Source: Nannocystis bainbridge (lineage in GTDB: Bacteria; Myxococcota_A; Polyangia; Nannocystales; Nannocystaceae). Taken from it: a DNA stretch of 64,000 bases. The DNA is taken from contig NZ_JAQNDL010000002.1 in NCBI RefSeq assembly GCF_028368995.1, forward strand, positions 1,248,001 through 1,312,000. The letters are read 5' to 3'. The notes beneath the pieces are model-generated. The model had not been told where the DNA came from. It was given only the letters and a program-made list of their open reading frames with translations, and did no database searches. This document shows positions 28,376-37,773 of this stretch, piece after piece. The first letter of the stretch is position 1. Every line of letters begins with the position of its first letter. A program made the position numbers and the translations under genes.

Positions 28376-30430
28376 ATGAAGCGAACGACCAACCAGGGCA
28401 GGGCCAGTGGAACGAAGGCCGCCGCGCGGTCGCAGGGCGCCCGAAATCAGGGCAAGCCACAAAGCCGCCGAGACGCGGCAGGGGCCGAGCGACCCGCGGG
28501 CAAGGGCGGCGCGGGACGAGCTCGTCCCGCCGGAGCCGCAGGGCGCGGGCGTGCCGGGGGCGAGACCCGAGGCGGCGCAGGTCCAGCAGGGCGAGACAGG
28601 CCGGGGCGCCGGGGTGCCGAGGGCGCGGAGACCGACGGCGCGTCGGCTGGCCGCAAGGGCAGGTCCGATGCGCCAGGTCGTGGCGAGCATGTTCGAAAGG
28701 ACATGTCCCGTGGCACAGGCGCGCCGGGGCGCGGGCGCGGCGGCACGGCCGCGGGCGCCGACCGCGACGGCGGGACGCGGACCCGGGGCGGGCGTCCTGA
28801 GGAGACCGCGCAGCGGCGGGCTGTCCGCGGGGACAGGTCGGAGTCCGCGGGCCGGGCTGTCCGTGGGGACAGGTCGGAGTCCGCGGGCCGGGCTGTCCGT
28901 GGGGACAGGTCGGAGTCCGCAGGCAGGGCCGGCCGGGGGCAGTCCAAGGGGCAGGCCGTCCGTGGCAGCAGAGCGGAGCCCACGGGTCGCGCTGGCCGAA
29001 GGGACAGGACCGAGCCCACGGGGCGGGCTGGCCACAAGGAGTTTGCGGGGCGAGCTGCCCGCGGGAACAGGTCGGACTCGGCGGGTCGTCCTGGTCGTGG
29101 GGACAGGTCGAGCGCCGGCAGAGCCGCGCGCGAGGACCGGGACGACGCCGGGACGCATGAGGCTGTCCGTGGGGACAGGCCGGCGGCGCGCGGCGCGGCC
29201 CGCTCGGCCGGCCGCGAGTCGGCGGGTGACGGCGAGCGGGCAGTCCGCGGGCGCAAGCCTGAGGGTCGAGCCGCCGCGCGCGCAAACGGGGCGCCGCGCG
29301 GCGCCCTCCGCGGCCCGACCGGTCGGGCCGCGGCCCGCGGCGGTGCGGCTGCCCGTGGCGACGGGTCGCACGAGCGCACCGGCGCGGCCGGCGGTGCTTC
29401 CGGGAAGCCGAAGGCACCTGCCTCGAAGGCCAGCAAGGCTCGCGGCAAGGCGGCGGGCAGCGCGGCGCCACGCGGCCTGACGGACGCGGTGGGGCTGCGC
29501 CAGGCGGAGCGGACGGCGGCGGAGCGGACCGGGGCGAAGACCCGGGCGAAGAAGGGGATCGCGGCCGCGCCGGAGATCCTGCGGCCCCCGAAGTTGCGCC
29601 TGCAAAAGGCGCTGGCGGCGGCGGGCGTGACCTCGCGGCGCAAGGCCGAGGATCTGATCGAGGCCGGCGCGATCAAGGTCAACGGCAAGCGGGTCACCGA
29701 GCTGGGTTCGAAGGTCGATCCCGATCGCGACGTGATCGAGGTCCGAGGCTCGCGCATTCAGCTGGAGAAGAAGGTCTACTTCCTGCTGAACAAGCCCGAC
29801 GGGGTGGTGTGCTCGGCGGAGGGGCCGAAGGACAACGAGGGGCGGCCGACCGTGCTGTCGCTGTTCCCCGAGCTGCCGCAGCGGATCTACCCGGTCGGTC
29901 GCCTCGACTTTCACAGCCGCGGGGCGCTGATCCTGACCAATGACGGCGATCTCGCGGCGGCGTTGACCCACCCGCGGCACGAGATCCCGAAGACGTACCA
30001 CGTGAAGTTCCAGGGCAAGCTCACGGAGGACGAGCTCGGCACCCTGGCCAACGGGGTCACGCTCGAGGACGGGACGGTCACGCGCCCGGCGGCGGAGGTC
30101 AGCGTCATCAAGGACACCGCGACCAACAGCTGGGTGCAGATCACCCTGCAGCAGGGCCTCAATCGCCAGCTGCGCCGCATGGGCGAGGCTATCGGCAGGC
30201 CGGTGCTGAAGCTGATCCGCGTCGCTATCGGCGGCCTCACGGCGGACGGACTGGCAGATGGTGAGTTTCGTCCGCTGACCCCGACCGAGGTCTACGACCT
30301 CATGGCGGCCGCTTCGCCGGCTGCGGCGCCCGCCGCCAAGGCCCGGGCCCAGGGCGGCGCCGGGGATTCACCCGCGAGCACGGGCGGCCGGGCGCGTTCC
30401 CGGCTTGCGCCGGGGAAGCGGGCGGGGTAG
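28376..30430 (+). CDS. rluB: 23S rRNA pseudouridine synthase (RluB/RsuA family) with a ~400-aa Arg/Gly/Ala-rich N-terminal extension
   Basis: S4 domain (RLQKALAAAGVTSRRKAE), LLNKP, catalytic YPVGRLD, KTYHV, RQLRRM. Conserved scpA-scpB-rluB synteny. Confidence 0.88.
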   Translation: MKRTTNQGRASGTKAAARSQGARNQGKPQSRRDAAGAERPAGKGGAGRARPAGAAGRGRAGGETRGGAGPAGRDRPGRRGAEGAETDGASAGRKGRSDAPGRGEHVRKDMSRGTGAPGRGRGGTAAGADRDGGTRTRGGRPEETAQRRAVRGDRSESAGRAVRGDRSESAGRAVRGDRSESAGRAGRGQSKGQAVRGSRAEPTGRAGRRDRTEPTGRAGHKEFAGRAARGNRSDSAGRPGRGDRSSAGRAAREDRDDAGTHEAVRGDRPAARGAARSAGRESAGDGERAVRGRKPEGRAAARANGAPRGALRGPTGRAAARGGAAARGDGSHERTGAAGGASGKPKAPASKASKARGKAAGSAAPRGLTDAVGLRQAERTAAERTGAKTRAKKGIAAAPEILRPPKLRLQKALAAAGVTSRRKAEDLIEAGAIKVNGKRVTELGSKVDPDRDVIEVRGSRIQLEKKVYFLLNKPDGVVCSAEGPKDNEGRPTVLSLFPELPQRIYPVGRLDFHSRGALILTNDGDLAAALTHPRHEIPKTYHVKFQGKLTEDELGTLANGVTLEDGTVTRPAAEVSVIKDTATNSWVQITLQQGLNRQLRRMGEAIGRPVLKLIRVAIGGLTADGLADGEFRPLTPTEVYDLMAAASPAAAPAAKARAQGGAGDSPASTGGRARSRLAPGKRAG
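28818..28925 (+). repeat. Coding tandem repeat, 3 x 36 bp plus degenerate copies to about 29180
   Basis: GGGCTGTCCG(C/T)GGGGACAGGTCGGAGTCCGC(G/A)GGC units encode RAVRGDRSESAG. Each carries TGTC-N6-GACA. Confidence 0.85.
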
Positions 30431-30495
30431 TGTCCGCGCCCGCTCGTCGTTCAGGACCCGCAGGGTCGTGAAGACAATTTCCGCCAGGACTTCGT

Positions 30496-30801
30496 ATGGC
30501 CAAGAACTCTCAAGTTTTGCGCGACAAGAAGCGCGACAAGCTGATCAGCAAGTACGCCGCCCGCCGCAGCGACCTGCGCGACAAGCTCAAGGACCCGAAC
30601 ATCGACATCGAGGACAAGCTCACGATTTCGGCTCAGCTCACCAAGCTGCCGCTGAACTCGTGCCCGACCCGCAAGACCCGACGCTGCATGCTGACGGGCC
30701 GCTCCAAGGCGGTCTATCGCAAGTTCGGCCTGTGCCGGAACATGCTCCGTGAGCTCGCCCTCAAGGGCGAACTGCCGGGCGTGACCAAGTCGAGCTGGTG
30801 A
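30496..30801 (+). CDS. rpsN: 30S ribosomal protein S14 (101-aa, non-Zn-ribbon type)
   Basis: MAKNSQ...[37 protein letters not shown]. Lacks paired CxxC motifs. Confidence 0.95.
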   Translation: MAKNSQVLRDKKRDKLISKYAARRSDLRDKLKDPNIDIEDKLTISAQLTKLPLNSCPTRKTRRCMLTGRSKAVYRKFGLCRNMLRELALKGELPGVTKSSW

Positions 30802-30826
30802 ACTTCTCGCCCGCCGCAGGAGAGTC

Positions 30827-31186
30827 ATGAAGTCCGGAATCCATCCCAGCTACCGCAAGGTCCTGTTCGTCGACGCCTCCTCGGGTGACGAGTGGGTGTC
30901 CTACTCGACGATGACCGGCGGCGACTCGCGCGCCCACAAGGGCGAGGATCTCCCCGTCGTTCGCGTCGACATCTCGTCGTTCAGCCATCCGTTCTGGACT
31001 GGCCAATCGCGCGAGGTCGACACCGAGGGCCGCATGGACCGCTTCCGTCGCCGCTACAACGTCAAGGGCGGCCCCTCGGCGGCTGCCGCGGCCAAGCCGG
31101 CCGCTGCAGCCCCCGCTCCGGCGCCCCTGAAGGCCGAGCCGGTCGTCGCCGCCGCCAAGCCGGCCGCGAAGGCGAAGAAGAAGTAA
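30827..31186 (+). CDS. rpmE2: 50S ribosomal protein L31 type B with an Ala/Pro/Lys tail
   Basis: MKSGIHPSYRKVLFVD...DISSFSHPFWTG...DTEGRMDRFRRRY. No cysteines. Confidence 0.92.
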   Translation: MKSGIHPSYRKVLFVDASSGDEWVSYSTMTGGDSRAHKGEDLPVVRVDISSFSHPFWTGQSREVDTEGRMDRFRRRYNVKGGPSAAAAAKPAAAAPAPAPLKAEPVVAAAKPAAKAKKK

Positions 31187-31296
31187 CTCCGTCGGACCTG
31201 CCCGGTCCGGCGACGTTCGAGCTTCACGCGCGTCATGACCTCCGGGTCGTGATGCGCGTTCGCTTTGGGTCGCTGCCAGGTCGTGGCCGCCGGTGC

Positions 31297-31415
31297 GCCG
31301 AGACCGTGCGGGGTTGACCGCGAGCCGAGGCTCGCGGCTCCATCGCCCGTCTCAAGGCCGAGACCGTGCCGGCTTTGACCGCGAGCCGAGGCTCGCAGGC
31401 TCATCGCCTGTCTCG
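31297..31415. repeat. Two-copy 60-bp direct repeat with an internal hairpin, between convergent rpmE2 and fabH
   Basis: GCCGAGACCGTGC...TTGACCGCGAGCCGAGGCTCGC...ATCGCC(C/T)GTCTC at 31297 and 31357. GCGAGCC-GA-GGCTCGC is an inverted repeat. Confidence 0.75.
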
Positions 31416-31486
31416 AAGACCAGGCGATCGTCGGCGCGGCGGCGAGGGCACGGGCCTGTCCCGAAGGGCAGGTCCCGGGTTCACGC

Positions 31487-32467
31487 TCAGACGCGCAGGA
31501 CCTGGGCGGCCCAGGTGAAGCCGGTGCCGAACGCGGTCATCGCCACCAGGTCGCCGTCCTTCACGCGACCGGCGGTGCGAGCCTCGTCGAGCGCGACGGG
31601 GATCGTCGCGGCCGACATGTTGCCGTAGCGATCGACGATCGAGACCATCTTCGCCGGGGCGATCGCGGTGCGGGCCCGCGTGGCCTCCATGATGCGCGTG
31701 TTGGCCTGGTGCGGGATGAGCAGCGAGACCTCCTCGGGGGTCACGCCGGCGCGCTTCAGGGCCTCGATGGCGCCCTCGCTCATGGCGGTGACGGCGTGCT
31801 TGAACACGGTGTTGCCCTCCATGTGCACCGTGTGGGCCCGGGCCGCGACGCTCTCGGCGCTGGCGGGCTGACGCGAGCCACCGGCGGGCTGGTAGAGCAC
31901 GCGAGCGAGGGTGCCGTCGGCGCCCCAGGCCGAGCCGAGCAGGCCGCGATCTTCGTCGCAGGCCGTGAGGATGGCCGCGCCGGCGCCGTCGCCGAACAAC
32001 ACGCAGGTGCTGCGGTCCTCCCAGTTGACGACCCTGCTCATCACCTCGGCGCCGATGACCGCGGCCGTGCGTGCGCCTCCGCCGGCGATCAGGCTGGCCG
32101 CGAGCTCCATGCCGTACAGCCAGCCGGAGCAGCCGGCGCTGACGTCGAAGGCCGCAGGGCCGCGCAGGCCGAGCTTGTGCTGCACCCAGCAGGCGGTCGA
32201 CGGGAACAGCGTGTCCGGGGTCGAGGTGGCGACGATGAGGACGTCGATCGCGCCCGGATCGAGGCCCGCGGAGCCGCACGCCGACAACAACGCCTCGGCG
32301 GCGAGGTCGGAGGTGGCGACTTCGGGGGCCGCGATTCGACGCTCACGAATTCCGGTCCGCTCGACGATCCACTGGTCGGTGGTGTCGATCATCGTCTCGA
32401 GCTCGGCGTTCGTCAGCACTCGCGGCGGCAAGGCGCGCGCAGTGGCGAGGATCTTGAACCGGCGCAT
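31487..32467 (-). CDS. fabH: 3-oxoacyl-ACP synthase III
   Basis: WIVERTGIRERR, catalytic AGCSG, LFGDGAGA, PHQAN, YGNMSAATIP. Confidence 0.95.
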   Translation of the reverse strand: MRRFKILATARALPPRVLTNAELETMIDTTDQWIVERTGIRERRIAAPEVATSDLAAEALLSACGSAGLDPGAIDVLIVATSTPDTLFPSTACWVQHKLGLRGPAAFDVSAGCSGWLYGMELAASLIAGGGARTAAVIGAEVMSRVVNWEDRSTCVLFGDGAGAAILTACDEDRGLLGSAWGADGTLARVLYQPAGGSRQPASAESVAARAHTVHMEGNTVFKHAVTAMSEGAIEALKRAGVTPEEVSLLIPHQANTRIMEATRARTAIAPAKMVSIVDRYGNMSAATIPVALDEARTAGRVKDGDLVAMTAFGTGFTWAAQVLRV

Positions 32468-32629
32468 GCGTCACCTGCTAGCTCACCCTGCGACTGCACG
32501 GCAATCAAAAGGGATGTGCGGCAGCGCCGGCCGTGGAGCGATGGAGCCAACACACGCGGTTTTGTAGGCAATTGCCGGGAGATGGCTCGGGGCTGGTAGA
32601 CTGGCGGGGCCATTTTGCCCCTCGCCCGT

Positions 32630-34321
32630 ATGCGCTCTTCTCTCTCTGTTTGCGCACTCCTCCTGGCGGCCTCGACCCTGTTCGCCTGCGCCTCGTCGCT
32701 CGACAAGGGCCGCGTCGCACGCAACGCCCACGACGACGTCAAGGCCGAGCAGTACCTCCGCAAGTCGATGGCGAGCGATCCCGAGGACCGCGCGGCCGCC
32801 CAGAAAGAATTGGCGTCGCTCAAGTTCGCCCAGGCGCAGGCCAAGGCCAAGCAAGATCCCGCGGCCGCCGAGGCGCTGGTGCGCGAGAGCTTGACGCTGG
32901 CCCCGGGCGACGAGAAGGCCGTCGATCTCCTCGGCCGCGTCGTCCACGCGCAGGGCCGCCTCGACGAGGCGATCAAGATCCTCGGCGAGGGCGACGGCAA
33001 GTCCTGCGACATGTGCAAGCGCTACCTCTCGGTGCTGCTGCTCGAGCGGGCCGGCAAGCGCGAGGCGGCCAAGGACTTCGAGGGCGCGCGCGCCGACTAC
33101 TCGCGGGCGACGGAGCTCATCCCCGACGCGATGACGGCGCTGGCGGTCGCGCGCAGCAGCGAGCAGCTCGGCGATCTCGAGGGCATGACGCGGGCCATCG
33201 AGATGGCGGTGCCGCTGATCCGCCCCGACGACACCGCGGCGCAGACGGAATTCCTCGGCTTCCGCGAGCGGACCGTGATGGCCGCGGCCGGCCGCGGGGA
33301 CGTCGCCACCTGCGATCGCTGGCTCGCCTTCTTCCCGGCGGGCGCCGGCGGCGACGGTTGGTACGTGTTGCAGCTGCGCGTCGCGCAGGAGCTGTACCGC
33401 CAGAAGAAGATCGACGTCGCCGTCACGCGCGCGCGGACGATGCTCGGTTCGACGCACACCGACACGCTGCCGGCCAACCGCAAGGCCGAGTTCCAGCGCT
33501 TCCTGGCCGACATCTATCGCCTGCAGGGCGTCGGTTATCTGCGCGAGGGCAAGCTCGCCGAGGCCGACGACAACTTCCGCCTGGCGATGGAGTTTTTGCC
33601 GGGCGACGACAAGATCAAGCTGCTGCGGGCGCTGGCGATCGGCGGCAACCACGAGATCGGCAAGGCGATCCAGGTCGTCAACGCGCTGCCGAAGGACACC
33701 AAGGGGCACGCCGAGGTGCTGGCGATCCTCGAGAGCATGCAGGTCGCCGATCGCCTGGCCGACGGCGACGTCGACGGGGCGAAGGCCGCGCTCGCGCGCG
33801 CGCAGGCGGCCAGCGCGGAGACGCCCGAGGTCCACGTGGCGATGGCGGAGATGCTGGTCATCACGCCGGCGGCGGGCGTCAACAAGGGCATCGTCCGTCA
33901 GCTCAAGAAGAGCGGGATCGTCAAGTACCCCAACGACGAGGTCAACCGCTACGGCGAGGCGCTGTCGGAGCTGGCGTGGGCGCGCGAACAAGCGCGCGGG
34001 CTCGGCGAGGGCTACCTGTTTCGCGGGCCCGGGATCGACGCGCGCATGGCCAACCTCGACCGTCAGCTGCGAGCCTTTTACCCGTTCCCGGTCGAGTTCA
34101 ACGCCGACAGCACCGCCATCCTGAAGATCCGCTTCAAGAGCGGCGCGTCCGGCGAGGTCGGGGTCAAGACCGACAGCGGGGAGCAGACGGTGCGGGTCCC
34201 TGCGGGCAGCGAGGGCGCCGAGGTCATCGTGCGCGACCCGGGCCTGACGTACTTCCGCATCAACGGGAAGGTCTCCAGCTTCGTCACCGAGCCCTACACC
34301 CGGGTGACGATCGACCTGTGA
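32630..34321 (+). CDS. TPR-repeat lipoprotein with a beta-rich C-terminal domain
   Basis: Lipobox LFAC, TPR-like helices, and a C-terminal beta-strand pattern. Confidence 0.7.
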   Translation: MRSSLSVCALLLAASTLFACASSLDKGRVARNAHDDVKAEQYLRKSMASDPEDRAAAQKELASLKFAQAQAKAKQDPAAAEALVRESLTLAPGDEKAVDLLGRVVHAQGRLDEAIKILGEGDGKSCDMCKRYLSVLLLERAGKREAAKDFEGARADYSRATELIPDAMTALAVARSSEQLGDLEGMTRAIEMAVPLIRPDDTAAQTEFLGFRERTVMAAAGRGDVATCDRWLAFFPAGAGGDGWYVLQLRVAQELYRQKKIDVAVTRARTMLGSTHTDTLPANRKAEFQRFLADIYRLQGVGYLREGKLAEADDNFRLAMEFLPGDDKIKLLRALAIGGNHEIGKAIQVVNALPKDTKGHAEVLAILESMQVADRLADGDVDGAKAALARAQAASAETPEVHVAMAEMLVITPAAGVNKGIVRQLKKSGIVKYPNDEVNRYGEALSELAWAREQARGLGEGYLFRGPGIDARMANLDRQLRAFYPFPVEFNADSTAILKIRFKSGASGEVGVKTDSGEQTVRVPAGSEGAEVIVRDPGLTYFRINGKVSSFVTEPYTRVTIDL

Positions 34322-34393
34322 CGGCGACGCTGCTGAGCTCGCCGGATTTCGATCGCCGCTGCACGACGCGCCGGGCCTGATAGACTCGCGGCG

Positions 34394-35626
34394 ATGCAGC
34401 CCTGTCCCTATCGCAAGATCCGCCCGCTGGGCGAAGGGTCGATGGGGGACGTCCACCTGTGCGTCGACGTGCAGCAGCGGCGCCTGGTGGTGGTCAAGTG
34501 GCTGCGGGCCGAGCTGCACGAGGGCAGCCAGGCGGCGGTGCGGTTCCGCCGCGAGGCCGAGCTGATGGCGGGCGCCAACTTCCCCGGCGTCATCAAGGTC
34601 GAGGAGTGGGGCCTGGACGAGTTCGGTCGCACGTGGATGGCGATGGAGTTCGTCGACGGGCTCATGCCATCGGCCGTGGTCGGGCCCGGTGATTGTTGGT
34701 CGGTGCACCGGCTGCTCGCGGGCGTGGGCCAGGGGCTCGACGACCTCCACGGCCTCGGCGTGGTCCACCGCGACCTCAAGCCGGAGAACGTGCTGCTGCG
34801 GAGCTCGGTCGACGGCTGGGAGCCGGTGATCATCGACCTCGGGATCGCCAAGTGGCTGGCGCAGGAGACGGCGACCGCGAGCGGCTCGGTGTTCGGCACG
34901 CCGCACTACATGAGCCCGGAGCAGTGCCGCGACACCAAGCACGTCGGGCCGGCGACCGACCGCTACGCCGTCGCGGTCATCATCTTCGAGCTGATGGCCG
35001 GGCGCCGGCCGTTCGAGGGCCGCACGATCCCGGAGCTGCTCCGGCAGCACCTCGAGTCGCCCGTGCCCGAGCTGCAGATCCCCAAGCGCGTGCGCTCCGG
35101 GGCGATCCGCGACACCGCGGCCAAGGCGACGTACCCGTCGCCCAACCTCGACGCGTTCATGCGCAAGGCGATGGCCAAGGAGCCGCGGCTGCGGTTCGGC
35201 AGCGGCAAGGAGATGACCGACGAGTTCGAGCGCGCGGCCAAGGCCGACGGGCTGTGGGAGATCCCCGACCCGTCGGACATGACGCCGCTGTTCCCGGCGC
35301 TGACCCACCCGATGGCCGAGATCATCATCGACGGTGAGTCGCGCCAGCGCTTCGACGTGCGTCACGGGCCGCTGGTGCTCGGACGTCACGAGTCGTGCCA
35401 GGTGGTGCTCGGCTCACCGCGGCTGAGCCGCCTGCACGCGTGCGTCTACCTGCACCGCGGTCGGGTGTGGGCCGCCGACCTGCACAGCCAGAACGGGACG
35501 CTGTTCCAGGGCCGCGCGCTGCAACCGGGCGTGCCGATGCCGTTCCCGCCCGGGGGGCAGACGGCCGTGTTCACGCTCTACAACCGCAACATCGCCGTCC
35601 GCCTGTGCACCACCACGGGGGCGTGA
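34394..35626 (+). CDS. Hanks-type Ser/Thr protein kinase with C-terminal FHA domain
   Basis: GEGSMG, VVVK, HRDLKPEN, DLG, GTPHYMSPEQ. FHA motif LGR...SRLHA...DLHSQNGT. Confidence 0.92.
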   Translation: MQPCPYRKIRPLGEGSMGDVHLCVDVQQRRLVVVKWLRAELHEGSQAAVRFRREAELMAGANFPGVIKVEEWGLDEFGRTWMAMEFVDGLMPSAVVGPGDCWSVHRLLAGVGQGLDDLHGLGVVHRDLKPENVLLRSSVDGWEPVIIDLGIAKWLAQETATASGSVFGTPHYMSPEQCRDTKHVGPATDRYAVAVIIFELMAGRRPFEGRTIPELLRQHLESPVPELQIPKRVRSGAIRDTAAKATYPSPNLDAFMRKAMAKEPRLRFGSGKEMTDEFERAAKADGLWEIPDPSDMTPLFPALTHPMAEIIIDGESRQRFDVRHGPLVLGRHESCQVVLGSPRLSRLHACVYLHRGRVWAADLHSQNGTLFQGRALQPGVPMPFPPGGQTAVFTLYNRNIAVRLCTTTGA

Positions 35627-35639
35627 GCCCGGCCGCGTC

Positions 35640-37670
35640 ATGGCGGGCGGGGACGACGCGGCTGCGGGACATGTCCGGAAGGACAGGGCAGTCGAGGATG
35701 CTTCGGGACATGTCCTGAGGGACATGAGTGAAGATGCTCCGGGACATGTCCTGAGGGACAGTGACGAGGATAACTTCGGACATGTCCCGAGAGACAGCCA
35801 TCCCGCGCTCGCGGCGGGACATGATTTGCGGGCCCCGGGTGGCGGGGGGGATGCTTCGGCTCTGGGTCGGCGCGCTGCCGTCTTGCTGTTCGGGCCGGCG
35901 ATCGCGTGGACGCTGGTCGCTGCGGCCGGGCTCGGATGGGCCGGGGCGCGGGCGGACGCCTGGGGGCCCGCGCCGCGCCGCGATGCGCCGGTGGTCGGCT
36001 CCGAGGCGTGTCTGGCGTGCCACCCGACCCAGCACGCCAGCTGGTCGGCGACGTATCACCGGACGATGACGCAGCGCGCCGAAGGCGAGGCCGTGCTGGC
36101 GCCGTTCGCCGGCGAGCACGTCGACCACCTCGGCTTCCGCGCGACGATGACGCGCAGCGCCGCGGGCCGCCCGCACGTGCGCGTGAGGCCGCTCGACGAC
36201 GAGGGGCGCGAGGTCGGCGAGCCGCTGCTCGATGTCGAGGTCGTGATGACGGTGGGCAGCCACCGCTATCAGCAGTACCTGGCGCAGATCGACCGCGGCG
36301 GTGGGCCCGGCGAGGTGTGGCGCCTGCCGGTGGCCTGGCACGTCGCCACGGCGCGGTGGATCCCGATGAACGCGGCGTTCCTCGAGCCGGAGGGCGCGCG
36401 GGGCGACGCCGAGGCGTACCTGCGCCACCTCAGCCGCTGGAACGACAACTGCGTGCTGTGCCACAACACCGAGCCGCGGCCGGGGATGGCGCAAGAGACA
36501 GGTGAGGCGCCGCGCTTCGCCACCACCGTGGGCGAGCTCGGGATCGCGTGCGAGGCCTGCCACGGGCCGGCGGGCGCGCACCTGCAGCGGCACGCCGATC
36601 CGTTCCGGCGGCTGCTGGCCGGCGGGGCAGGGGACGGATCGATCGCGCACCCGGGCCGGCTGGTGACGCGCGACGAGAGCGGGGTGTGCGGGCGCTGCCA
36701 CGGCAACCGGATCAGCGCCGACGTCGCGGCGGTGCTGCGCGAGGGCGACGGGTTCTTGCCCGGGACGGACCTGGCGGCGGTTTCGCGCCCGATCTTCCGC
36801 GACGCGACGGTCGGCGGCGAGGCGCTGTTCGCCGAGCGCTTCTGGCCCGACGGGACGCCGCGCCTGTCGGCCTACGAGTACCAGGGGCTGCTGCTGTCGC
36901 CGTGCCACCAGGGCGGCCGTGAGGGCGGGCTCGGCTGCGACGACTGCCACGCGATGCACGGCGACGAGCCCGACATGCAGGTCCGCGGCGATCGCAAGGG
37001 CGCGCGGGCCTGTACTTCGTGCCATGTCCCCGAGGACATGTCCTCAGGGACACGTCACGGAGGACATGGCCCCACGGTCACGTGCCAGGGCTGCCACACG
37101 CCGCGGATCACCTACGGGCTGCTCGAGGGGATGATCGGCCACCGGATCGCGGTGCCGCGGCCGCAGGCGTGGATCGGGCGCCACGACCAACCGGACGCGT
37201 GCACGCAGTGTCACGTCGACCGCAGCCGCACGTGGGCGGCGGAGGCGCTGCCGCGGCTCGGGTTCCCGGAGGCGGGTCCGCTGCCGCCCGCGGCGCCCGA
37301 CGAGGGGTGGGGCTCGCGGGTGCAGCTCGACCTGGTCGGCGGCGATCCGCTGCAGCGGGTGCTGGCGATCCACGCGCTGACGCGGCCCGAGGTGCCGGTC
37401 GCGGCGTCCGAGCGGCGGGGGTGGATCACCGACGCGCTCGACGACGAGTACCCTGCGGTGCGGTGGTTCGCCTGGCGAGCGCTGGGGGAGCTCGCGGCGC
37501 CGGAGCAGCGCGCGCTGGTGGCGGCCTACGATCCGCACGCGGAGGCCGAGCGTCGGGTACCGGCCGCGGACGCCCTGCGCGCGGCGTTCGGGACCGGGCC
37601 GTTCAGCCCCGAGCAACGTGAGGCGCTCGAGGCTCGGCGCGAGCAGACGGTGCTGTGGATCGGCGAGTGA
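35640..37670 (+). CDS. Multiheme cytochrome c (8 CxxCH) with a C-terminal HEAT-like region
   Basis: CLACH, CVLCH, CEACH, CGRCH, CDDCH, CTSCH, CQGCH, CTQCH plus SPCH. Hydrophobic anchor near the N-terminus. True start uncertain because the first ~60 codons are a motif array. Confidence 0.85.
   Translation: MAGGDDAAAGHVRKDRAVEDASGHVLRDMSEDAPGHVLRDSDEDNFGHVPRDSHPALAAGHDLRAPGGGGDASALGRRAAVLLFGPAIAWTLVAAAGLGWAGARADAWGPAPRRDAPVVGSEACLACHPTQHASWSATYHRTMTQRAEGEAVLAPFAGEHVDHLGFRATMTRSAAGRPHVRVRPLDDEGREVGEPLLDVEVVMTVGSHRYQQYLAQIDRGGGPGEVWRLPVAWHVATARWIPMNAAFLEPEGARGDAEAYLRHLSRWNDNCVLCHNTEPRPGMAQETGEAPRFATTVGELGIACEACHGPAGAHLQRHADPFRRLLAGGAGDGSIAHPGRLVTRDESGVCGRCHGNRISADVAAVLREGDGFLPGTDLAAVSRPIFRDATVGGEALFAERFWPDGTPRLSAYEYQGLLLSPCHQGGREGGLGCDDCHAMHGDEPDMQVRGDRKGARACTSCHVPEDMSSGTRHGGHGPTVTCQGCHTPRITYGLLEGMIGHRIAVPRPQAWIGRHDQPDACTQCHVDRSRTWAAEALPRLGFPEAGPLPPAAPDEGWGSRVQLDLVGGDPLQRVLAIHALTRPEVPVAASERRGWITDALDDEYPAVRWFAWRALGELAAPEQRALVAAYDPHAEAERRVPAADALRAAFGTGPFSPEQREALEARREQTVLWIGE
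35666..35798. repeat. Array of four GGACATGTCC-N5-GACA units (36-39 bp period)
   Basis: TGTC-N6-GACA at 35672, 35711, 35747 and 35783, each preceded by GGACA. Confidence 0.85.
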
Positions 37671-37773
37671 GGGCCGCTCGTCGCGGGCCCTGGAAGCCCG
37701 CGCTCGCCCTGCAGGCGTCCGGGCCGTGAACTGAAGATTTGGCGGGCGAGCGGCCTGCGGCTAGATTCGCCCC

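Noticed and set aside
35668-35690. GGACATGTCC matches the eukaryotic p53 half-site, and the full motif matches lux-box/E. coli SOS-box spacing
   Set aside because: The p53 match is coincidental in a bacterium. The density and mostly intragenic placement do not fit an ordinary transcription-factor operator, so no regulator identity was assigned.
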